Assembly (NCBI GenBank): GCA_036507075.1
Contig: DASXQR010000071.1
Coordinates: 1 to 25,233, forward strand
Length of the DNA stretch: 25,233 nucleotides
DNA from: Acidobacteriota bacterium
GTDB lineage: Bacteria > Acidobacteriota > UBA6911 > JACQSX01
Direction: 5' to 3'
A program made the position numbers and the translations under genes. Below, in pieces: positions 17,625 through 25,233 of this stretch; within the stretch, counting starts at the first letter, position 1, and each line of letters opens with the position of its first letter. The notes beneath the pieces are model-generated. The model did no database searches. It saw only the letters and a list, made by a program, of their open reading frames with translations, and was not told where the DNA came from.

Positions 17625-17924
17625 ATGAAGGCTGTAGGCATTAAACAGCTTAAAGCGAAGCTTTCAGAGTACGTTCGGCTTGCTAAGGCGGGAGATACAA
17701 TCCTTGTTACGGACCGTGAGGAAATCGTTGCCGAATTGCGGCCGGCGCGACGACAGCCTTATTATCCGGAGTCGTTGGAAGAGGTGCTTGACAGTCTGGC
17801 TGGTACGGGTGAGGTGACGCGAGCGAGCTTGCCAAAAGAAGGCTGGACGTGGAAGTCGAGAGGACTGGACCTGCCGGCCCGGACTGCCCGCCGCCTGATT
17901 GAAGAGTTGAGGGAGGATAGCTGA
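17625..17924 (+). CDS. Phd/YefM-family antitoxin
   Basis: MKAVGIKQLKAKLSEYVRLAKAGDTILVTDREEIVAELRP. Confidence 0.9.
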   Translation: MKAVGIKQLKAKLSEYVRLAKAGDTILVTDREEIVAELRPARRQPYYPESLEEVLDSLAGTGEVTRASLPKEGWTWKSRGLDLPARTARRLIEELREDS

Positions 17925-17928
17925 GACT

Positions 17929-18345
17929 TTGACAACGCCGGCGCCAATCTACCTGGATACGTCGGCAGTACTGAGGGCCACATTAGAGTCCGGGACGACT
18001 CGGGAGATCGAAAAGAGTATTGCCGAGGCTCCCATGCTGATCACTTCCCGGCTTTCCCTTGTTGAATCGGCGCGCGCCTTCCTGCGCGTGCGGCAAATCG
18101 GCAAACTATCCGAGGCGCGGATTGCGGATGCGGAACGAGATGTCGCCATCTTGTGGCGCCATTGCGAGTTATGGGAAGTAACGGCAGTCGTGTGTGACCT
18201 GGCGCAACAGATTGCTCCAAGTCGGGCTCTCCGAACTCTTGACGCTCTTCACCTTGCCACCTTCGCCCTGGCGCGACGGAAGGTCGCCGGACTGGAGATG
18301 TTGACAGCGGATGAAAGGCTGCGGGATGCTGTCAATGGATTGTAA
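17929..18345 (+). CDS. vapC: PIN-domain VapC-family toxin
   Basis: YLDTSAVL, LSLVES, LRTLDALHLA and LTADERL. TTG start after GGAGG. Confidence 0.9.
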   Translation: MTTPAPIYLDTSAVLRATLESGTTREIEKSIAEAPMLITSRLSLVESARAFLRVRQIGKLSEARIADAERDVAILWRHCELWEVTAVVCDLAQQIAPSRALRTLDALHLATFALARRKVAGLEMLTADERLRDAVNGL

Positions 18346-18525
18346 TTTCAGTTACACATTCCGCTCCGGCCCGTCACTCGCTCGAGTATACACACATCGA
18401 CGCAGCCGCGTCCGAAGGATTGCTCTTGTCTGCCAGTCCCGAGCAAGTTCGATCTTCCACGCAACCCCATTATAAAAAATGGGAACACGCTAATTTCAGA
18501 CTGAGCCTGCAATTCGTTTATACCG

Positions 18526-19248
18526 TTACGAGGCTTGAGTGGATGGCTCACCGGTCGCACTTTCCTTTTTTGCGTAAACATAGTAGTGATTTCCGATCTG
18601 CCGCGCGTCAGCTTTTCGGAGCAGAAGCACGTCAAAATATCGAAGTGGAAACAGCATCCAGCCTAGAAGCAGGTACGAAAGTCGTTTTAACCATCGTGAC
18701 CGGAACCAAAGCTTGGCGTACTCTAAGGTAAAAACAAGCCAAGTGGCTGTCGGACCGGTACGCCATCCTTCGTCAATCACATGAAACTCAGACAGCAGTT
18801 GTGCCATACCGTCTGGAGTGTACCTTCGGAAATCCCGCGGATATTCATGAAATGGATGACAAAAAGGCACAACAAAATGCGCTACTCCACCATTGATAAG
18901 ACAACGGCGAATTTCAGATACCGCCATTTCCGGTCTTGCAACATGTTCGAGGACTGCGTCACACTCAACGCGCGTGAATATGCTGTCCTTGAATGGAAGG
19001 CGCTCAACCGAGCACACGACGTCTACGCCCGGCAAATCAAATAGATCAACATTCACGTATCCTGGGACTGAATTGCCCGCTCCCCCAACATACAAATTCC
19101 ACCTTCCCGTTGGAATCGTTTTTTCTATCAGTTTCTCGCGTGGATTGTGAAACAGAGGTAAGGGAGGTGATAAGAACTTGTACAAAAGGCGCTCGCGGTT
19201 GTAGCAGTTTTGTTCAACCCTTCCCATGCTTCCACGCTTATTATTCAC
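18526..19248 (-). CDS. Class I SAM-dependent methyltransferase (Methyltransf_11-like)
   Basis: LYVGGAG, VNVD, LPFKDSIF, VLEHV, EIRRCLINGG and FHEYPRDFRRYT. Start uncertain (GTG 19248 or ATG 19227). Confidence 0.88.
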   Translation of the reverse strand: MNNKRGSMGRVEQNCYNRERLLYKFLSPPLPLFHNPREKLIEKTIPTGRWNLYVGGAGNSVPGYVNVDLFDLPGVDVVCSVERLPFKDSIFTRVECDAVLEHVARPEMAVSEIRRCLINGGVAHFVVPFCHPFHEYPRDFRRYTPDGMAQLLSEFHVIDEGWRTGPTATWLVFTLEYAKLWFRSRWLKRLSYLLLGWMLFPLRYFDVLLLRKADARQIGNHYYVYAKKESATGEPSTQAS

Positions 19249-19274
19249 TGTGACTTCAGAAATAATTGGATAAA

Positions 19275-19297
19275 TAATTGGGGACAGACCCCAATTA
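19275..19297. repeat. Short REP-like hairpin TAATTGGGG-ACAGA-CCCCAATTA
   Basis: Perfect 9-bp stem with a 5-nt loop. AATAATTGG is also duplicated at 19261 and 19273. Confidence 0.6.
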
Positions 19298-19638
19298 AGT
19301 TCCCAAAAACTCCTGTTCTCCTGGTTGCGGCATAAAGCACCTGCCGATTTCGCCCGCTGAGCGCGCGGTTAAAGATGTATGTTCCTCAAGAATGTAGTTA
19401 AGAGAGTCGAGTCATAGGAGTAAAACCAGTCCTATTTTACGCATTTGGTGAATTCTAATAGCAGAACCGATAGGTGGCTCAAGGCCCTGTTTCCCAGATC
19501 CGAGGCAAGCAATCTAAAAACAGCACGGTTCGTTCTGCAACCCGCGTCATGTTTGGATTCTCAGAGTGGCTTGGTGACAGCCAATTGTTCATTATTGTTC
19601 ATTCGACGGAAATTGGGGGTCGTCCCCCACGGAGCCCC

Positions 19639-19797
19639 ACGGAGCCGCGACGTGTCAGCGAGCGGCGGGGATGTGATCAGTTCGCGTCTTCGCTGGATTT
19701 GCAATTCTGCAGCGACGTTAATCCATGCAGGGCTGTCAACGCTACCGATCTAGCTCGTCAGTCTGGAGTGCCGCTCGCTTACACTTCGCGGCTCCGT
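19639..19797. repeat. REPIN-like inverted pair (28-bp arms, 103-bp spacer)
   Basis: ACGGAGCCGCGACGTGTCAGCGAGCGGC (19639-19666) matches the reverse complement of 19770-19797 with 2 mismatches. Confidence 0.85.
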
Positions 19798-19959
19798 CTG
19801 GGCTGCGCGCATTTAGGGGAGGCTAAATCTAAAGCATGAAGTGTTCCCGTATTCTCCAGAAAATAAACCTGGTTTCCGGAAAGGGCAATTGGAGCCCGTG
19901 CGCTGGGTGTAATAAGCTGCCAAAATACAGAGCCACTTGCAGGATCCGCAGCAGCTATC

Positions 19960-20059
19960 TCCGCTTGCTTACGCGCGCGGTTCGGTTATCGAGGGTCCGC
20001 TTGCTTACGCGCGCGGTTCGGTTATTGAGGGTCCGCTTGCTGACCCGCGCGGTTCGGTT
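19960..20059. repeat. Three tandem REP-like units with a 36-bp period
   Basis: TCCGCTTGCTTACGCGCGCGGTTCGGTT occurs at 19960 and 19996, with a variant at 20032. Linkers are ATYGAGGG. Confidence 0.9.
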
Positions 20060-20140
20060 TTGGGCGATCACTCGCTGCTTGACGCCACTACATCCTGGCC
20101 GAATGGCCACCTGGACGGGCATCAAAAGGAGGAGAAGCAG

Positions 20141-20955
20141 CTATTCGGCGGGACGGACGGAGAAGAAAACTCGCTCCCACGTTGGCTTGAGTTCATCGAA
20201 ACTTTGGACCGGGGCGGACGCGCTGAAGTCAAGGCTGGACTGCTGCCAGGGGAGTTTGAGGATCAGGTTGCGACGGGTGGCTGGTGTGCCGATTTCCTTT
20301 TGAATCAATAAAGCTTTCACATCGCCTGCCTGCCGCACTTGCAGGCCGGATAGCCGCCAGGCAAGATTGTTCTCGCCGGACGCTTTGATTTTTGCCATGG
20401 TGGCTGAAATATCCGCCAGCGGCAGGGTGCTGACTCCGACGAATATCACCCTGGGATCCTCAGAATTTTTCACGTCTGTCGGGCCGAGCCAGTAGCCATT
20501 GCTTCCCTGCGCGTGAAGAATCTGCCAGTTACCGGGGATTTCGACGGTATAGGGAACAGCCTTGCCTGTGATTTCAGGCAGAAAGATCAGGCGATATTCC
20601 GGCTGCTGGTTCGGCGGGCCGTCGGCTGCTTCCGACCACGATTTGAAATTGTCAAAGTAACTCTTGTCGACCCAAAGCTCTCTATTCCACCGGTCCCCGC
20701 CAGCCCGTCAAGCTTGTCGTATTGGCCGTCGTGAAGGGCCTTGCGCAGTGAAAGCGCCGTTTGTGAAGGCGCCGCAGTCTGGCGCGCCTGCACGACTTTC
20801 GGGTCCGATTCCGGCTCGCTGGCTAAAGTTGAATCGACGATGGCGGAATGGCTGCACGCGATCAGCGCCAGGGCGCCAAGTAATGCAAAGAGCAGCCGAA
20901 GGGACCCACAATTTGAAGCGGCAGGCAAAAAGCCGTCTTTGTCCACGGGTGTCAT
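20141..20955 (-). pseudogene. Frameshifted putative lipoprotein gene; C-terminal part resembles a PsbP/DcrB-like fold
   Basis: The 5' ORF has a hydrophobic segment and lipobox LALIAC. The 3' frame is open from ~20707 to 20141 (DRWNRELWVDKSY...YTVEIPGNWQ...FDELKPTWERVFFSVR). Adding one base joins the two frames. Confidence 0.65.
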
Positions 20956-21340
20956 TGTGGGCCGATCATATCCTCCGCCCGAGGGCTGAGGAGTGATCGT
21001 AATTACCTATTAAACCGTACTTTTCTGGTCTGAGAAAACAACCCTTCCGCCCCTACGGAGTCTGTGTGAAAACGTGGATCCGAACGTGTAGCGTCGGCCT
21101 CTGGCTGGCATTTCTGTCGGTGCAAGTGCTGGTCCGGAGGACGGCGCTACAGGTTCCACACAGGCTCAGGGGTCAACCCAATTTCTGTGTTGCCCGTATG
21201 TCAAATATGCTTCTAATGGAAGCGATACAGTCCACATTTTCTACACGGAGGTCCATCCGCTACTCTCCAAATTGGCCGCTGTTGCCACTTTTGGTCCCAA
21301 GCCGCATCTTTTCAGAATCGAACAGTTTTTGAATGTTTGC

Positions 21341-24300
21341 ATGAAGTCCCAATGCTTGCTTTTTGTTTTTTTGCTTCTTCTTTCCGCCTACATGAGTGGC
21401 CGCAGCGAGGCCCGTTTGCAGCCGAGCGGTTTTGCGGACAGCGCCTGTGGATCTGCGCTCCCTGGAAATTCTGCTCTGCCCGATTTCCGGCCGGCCAAGA
21501 GCGCAAGCCTTCAAACCCTCCAGCCATATTCCAGGCAATATGGTGAACTCCCGCTAAGTTTTGAAGCCAATCGTGGGCAGTCAGATCCGCAAGTGCTATT
21601 CCTTGCTCGAACCGGCAATCTGGCGCTCTTTCTGACCGCCAGGGAAGCGGTGATGGTTTTCCGAAGCACCGGTGCCGATCCCTCGCTGCCAATCGGCAAG
21701 CGGGGTTCGTCGGGTGACTCATCTACCGCTGGAGTAGTGCGCCTGAGATGGCTTGGCTCCAATTCCCATTGCCGGATCGTGGGAGCCGACCAGCTTCCTG
21801 GAACCACTAATTACCTCTGGGGAAGAAACCGCGCGCGATGGAAGACTTCAATCCCAAGCTTTGGCAAGGTTCAGTATTGCGAAGTCTTTCCCGGGACCAG
21901 CCTGCTGTTTTATGGCAGAGCCGGACGTCTGGAGCATGACTTTGTTGTGAAGCCGGGCGCCGATCCTTCCAAAATCAAACTTCGTCTTGACGGCGCCGAT
22001 CAACTGCATATTGACAGGCTGGGTGATTTGACAATCAGATCGCGAGGTCACGAGCTCAAGCTTTCAAAGCCTTACGCCTATCAGGATTTGTCCGGTACCC
22101 GCACCGAAATCCCGGTTACCTATGCCTTATCGGCAAACAACCGGATCCGTTTTCAAATCGGCCGCTACGATCCTGCAGTTCCGCTGGTGATTGATCCTAC
22201 GCTCGTTGTGGAACCGGTCCTTTCCTACGCGACGTTTCTCGGCGGTACCAGAGGGGAACAGGTCCAGGCCATTGCCGTCGATGCGGCGGGGAGCGCCTAT
22301 GTCAGCGGCGTTTCCTTTTCTTCGGATTTCCCGACTCGAAACGCAGCGGTAAACAGCGGGCCTGGGTCCTTTGTGGCGAAAATAAACCCTGCCGGTTCGG
22401 CACTGGTCTACTCGACCTACCTTCCCGGCCGGGACCGAACATACGCCACAGCCATAGCCGTGGATTCGGCCGGCAATGCCTTTGTTACCGGAAGCACGGC
22501 ATCGTTAGACTTTCCCGCCGTTAACGCGATTCAGCCCAGCCATGGAAGCCCGCCATGGTTTGATTCCGACATGGCATCCAGCTCGGATGCGTTTATTCTG
22601 AAGTTAAACCCAACCGGTTCCAGCATTCTGTTTTCCACTTTCCTTGGCGGCATCCGAAGCGATCTGGGACAGAGCATAGCGCTCGATCCTGCAGGAAATA
22701 TTTACATCGCAGGCGTTACCGATTCAGTCAATTTTCCGATGCATAAGGCGCTGCAAGGCGGATTCTCCGGAGGCCTGCAGGATGCCTTTGTCGCAAAGAT
22801 AGACTCCGCATACGGGCTGGTCTATTCAACTTATATTGGCGGCACAGGTCGGGAGATATCAGCGTTCGTGACGGCCACCCGGTCGGGCGAGGCTTGTATC
22901 GCAGGCGCTACGGAATCAACCGACTTGCCAATGGAGAGAGCTTTGCAGCCCAAAAACTCGGGCGGCGGTGACGTCTTTGTTTGGAGATTGGATCCGACCG
23001 GGTCGTCGTTGATTTTTTCAACCTTCCTGGGAGGATCTTTGCACGATGGAGCCTCGAGCATTACGACAGACGATTCCGGCATCATTTATCTTGCCGGCGC
23101 TACCACCTCATCGGATTTTCCACGCATCAATGCTCTGCAAACGCGGCTCAACGGCAGGCAGGATTGTTTTGTCGCAAAACTCGCGCCGGATGGCAGCAGC
23201 CTGGTGTTCTCGACATATCTTGGTGGAACGCAAGACGAAGGTGTTACGGGAATAGCGGTCAACAAGCGGGGCGAGATTTATCTGAGCGGTTACACACAAT
23301 CAGCGGATTTTCCGCTTGTGAAGCCGTTCTCATCTAAATTGTCAGGCTTTTCTGACGCGTTCCTCACCAAATTGAGCCCCTCCGGAAAGGGAATGGTTTA
23401 TTCCAGTTATCTGGAAGGGACCGAAGCGAGCAGGGGCATTGCCGTGGATCCTGAAGGAGACGTTTACTTGACCGGCGTGCCAACTTACGATTTTCCAGTT
23501 TTGAATGCGCTGCAGCCGCGTGCCGTGGGCAACGCGAACGCTTTTGTGGCAAAAATTCTGGAAAGGAAGAAATCGTACTTTGCCCATTTCGCCGCCGGTC
23601 AGGAGGGAGGTTTTGCAGTAGCCAGCGAATTGATTCTGGTCAATCTGCATCCTACGAAATCTGCGGATACGAACGTGGAGATCCGGGATGGCAGCGGCAC
23701 GTTGATGACGATCGATCTGAACGGGACGGTCGTCCGCGGACAGATAAAACTGATGATTCCTCCGGCTGGAGTAGCCCGGTTGCATTCCGGGCAACTGCGT
23801 CCAATCCAGAGCGGAACACTGACGGTTACCTCTGACCGTGATTTTGCCGGGGTGCTTCTGTTTGGAGGAAGCCCGGGGCTGTCAGGCATCACGGAAAGCA
23901 AGCCCGGCACGAGTTTTGTGGTGCCGGTTGAAACGGCTCCGGGCATAAGCACTGGGCTGGCGTTTATGGCGCTTGGAACCCCACAGACGCTGCGATTACA
24001 ACTTCGAAATTCTATGGGAACCATCATCGCCAACTGTGAGTTTTCTCTCGGTTCCAACTCGCAGCTTAATCGCCTTGTCAGCGAATTGCCGTGGAATCCT
24101 GTGCCTGATTTCTCCAGATTTCGAGGTGTTCTGAGCGTTGCCGGCACAGCAGAGTTCGCGACTGTGGCAATTCGCAGCAGCCCTGGAGAGATTGCGGCAA
24201 TTCCAGTGCAGGAAGACTTTACTTCCTCGGCGGCATCGGGTAGTCCACTGACAAGCTACTTTGCTCTGTTTGCTGACGGGAACGCGGGAGCAGGATCGTT

Positions 24301-24901
24301 CATTAGAAGCTACCTTACAATGGTGGGCCTGAGCTCCCAGCCGGCAAGTGTAGCCATCGAACTCAATGATCGCGACGGCAATCCGATGGCCGTTCAGCTC
24401 AATGACAGCCTTATCCAGGGCAGAGTGGAAGTGGGCGTTCCCCCGGGCGGGTCGGTTACGCTGGCTACAAATGGCCAGGGTCCCATTCAAACCGGCTCGA
24501 TCGTTTTGCGCTCGACCTCACCGGTAGCAGCCAGCATTCTTCTGGAAGGATCACAGGGGGTCGCCGCTCTGGGCGAAAACAAACCTTTAAGGACTTTCAC
24601 AGCACCCATTGAGATCACACCGTCCGTCAATACGGGAATTGCGCTGATGGGTGTTGATAAAGAGCAGCAGATTGTGCTGGAGCTTCGCGATCGCAACGGA
24701 GCCGTTTTGGCAGGATCTACCGTGACGCTTCCCACAAAGGCTCAGGTGATCAAGTTCATAACGGAAGTCGAATGGGACCAGCCAGTGGACTTCACTGACT
24801 TTCTGGGAACCTTGACGGCTCGCGGATCCAGTATGTTCGCTGCTTCGGCGGTGAGAGTAAGTCCCGGTGCCTTCGCGGTGCTTCCGGTGATTGAGAGATG
24901 A
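21341..24901 (+). CDS. Secreted SBBP (seven-bladed beta-propeller) repeat protein with two C-terminal 'xPV' modules
   Basis: Signal peptide MKSQCLLFVFLLLLSAY. N-terminal domain LPLSFEANRGQ...LEHDFVVKPGADP...PLVIDP. Repeats of YSTYLGG...IAVDxxGNxYVTGxTxSxDFP...DAFVAKL. Modules at ~23570-24208 and ~24251-24898. Confidence 0.92.
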   Translation: MKSQCLLFVFLLLLSAYMSGRSEARLQPSGFADSACGSALPGNSALPDFRPAKSASLQTLQPYSRQYGELPLSFEANRGQSDPQVLFLARTGNLALFLTAREAVMVFRSTGADPSLPIGKRGSSGDSSTAGVVRLRWLGSNSHCRIVGADQLPGTTNYLWGRNRARWKTSIPSFGKVQYCEVFPGTSLLFYGRAGRLEHDFVVKPGADPSKIKLRLDGADQLHIDRLGDLTIRSRGHELKLSKPYAYQDLSGTRTEIPVTYALSANNRIRFQIGRYDPAVPLVIDPTLVVEPVLSYATFLGGTRGEQVQAIAVDAAGSAYVSGVSFSSDFPTRNAAVNSGPGSFVAKINPAGSALVYSTYLPGRDRTYATAIAVDSAGNAFVTGSTASLDFPAVNAIQPSHGSPPWFDSDMASSSDAFILKLNPTGSSILFSTFLGGIRSDLGQSIALDPAGNIYIAGVTDSVNFPMHKALQGGFSGGLQDAFVAKIDSAYGLVYSTYIGGTGREISAFVTATRSGEACIAGATESTDLPMERALQPKNSGGGDVFVWRLDPTGSSLIFSTFLGGSLHDGASSITTDDSGIIYLAGATTSSDFPRINALQTRLNGRQDCFVAKLAPDGSSLVFSTYLGGTQDEGVTGIAVNKRGEIYLSGYTQSADFPLVKPFSSKLSGFSDAFLTKLSPSGKGMVYSSYLEGTEASRGIAVDPEGDVYLTGVPTYDFPVLNALQPRAVGNANAFVAKILERKKSYFAHFAAGQEGGFAVASELILVNLHPTKSADTNVEIRDGSGTLMTIDLNGTVVRGQIKLMIPPAGVARLHSGQLRPIQSGTLTVTSDRDFAGVLLFGGSPGLSGITESKPGTSFVVPVETAPGISTGLAFMALGTPQTLRLQLRNSMGTIIANCEFSLGSNSQLNRLVSELPWNPVPDFSRFRGVLSVAGTAEFATVAIRSSPGEIAAIPVQEDFTSSAASGSPLTSYFALFADGNAGAGSFIRSYLTMVGLSSQPASVAIELNDRDGNPMAVQLNDSLIQGRVEVGVPPGGSVTLATNGQGPIQTGSIVLRSTSPVAASILLEGSQGVAALGENKPLRTFTAPIEITPSVNTGIALMGVDKEQQIVLELRDRNGAVLAGSTVTLPTKAQVIKFITEVEWDQPVDFTDFLGTLTARGSSMFAASAVRVSPGAFAVLPVIER

Positions 24902-25233
24902 ATATGATCAGAAACAAATCTCTTCCTATTTTTTTGTGCGCATTGTTCTGTGCGCCGTTTGGGAGTGCGCAAGTGACGCGCATTCGAAATGTGGATTTCG
25001 GCAAAGATGCAGTCTCGCTCACACCACCAATGCTGATTGATGGCGCTCCGATTGAAGACATATTTTCCCGTTGGGGAATTCACTTCGGCAGCACGAGCGG
25101 CGCCGTCCCGCGACTTAGACAGGGTGTTGTGGGAGACATCATAATCACTCCACCCTACCTTCCTGCGATCAGGAATGAAGGGATAAGCGGATCCTCTGCC
25201 AACGCCCCGCTCATAATGAACTTCTCATTTCCT
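24898..25233 (+). CDS. Partial secreted hypothetical protein, running off the window end
   Basis: ATGA overlap with the upstream stop. 112 open codons begin MNMIRNKSLPIFLCALFCAPFGSAQVTRIRNVDFG, with a signal peptide. Not in the ORF track because it has no stop. Confidence 0.7.
   Translation, partial: MNMIRNKSLPIFLCALFCAPFGSAQVTRIRNVDFGKDAVSLTPPMLIDGAPIEDIFSRWGIHFGSTSGAVPRLRQGVVGDIIITPPYLPAIRNEGISGSSANAPLIMNFSFP

Noticed and set aside
19301..19385. - strand text YIFNRALSGRNRQVLY resembling a RAYT transposase N-terminus next to a REP-like hairpin
   Set aside because: Too short, with no HUH or catalytic Tyr motif, so it could be chance.
19960..20059. Possible CRISPR array
   Set aside because: Linkers are only 8 nt and nearly identical, and the unit matches the REP family seen elsewhere in the window.
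19445..20311. + strand ORFs starting at 19445, 19474, 19836 and 19937
   Set aside because: They run through REP repeats or lie antisense to the lipoprotein pseudogene, and have no motifs.

Overview
Bacterial window, probably from Acidobacteriota; this is inferred from the Oar-like TonB-dependent receptor, the ceramidase-family hydrolase, the SBBP protein and the REP types. Left part: a secreted fibre-like protein downstream of an OmpR-family two-component system, a divergent TonB-dependent receptor plus hydrolase operon, and fdhA. Middle (about 11-21 kb) is an accessory mosaic. It holds three type II toxin-antitoxin modules, a secreted transglutaminase-like protein, a methyltransferase, two 5'-truncated gene remnants, a frameshifted lipoprotein gene and several REP-like palindrome families. 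Right part: a large SBBP beta-propeller protein and a coupled secreted ORF cut by the window end. The best candidate for an undescribed system is an ~200-aa module ending in (L/I)PV in the three complete copies. It occurs four times in three loci, at the N- or C-terminus of exported proteins, and may be a lineage-specific surface display or anchoring domain. One passenger looks like a phage tail fibre and appears to be regulated through 11-bp-periodic boxes in the 3' end of the response regulator gene. No rRNA, tRNA, CRISPR array, transposase or integrase was recognised. All family calls are from motif reading only.
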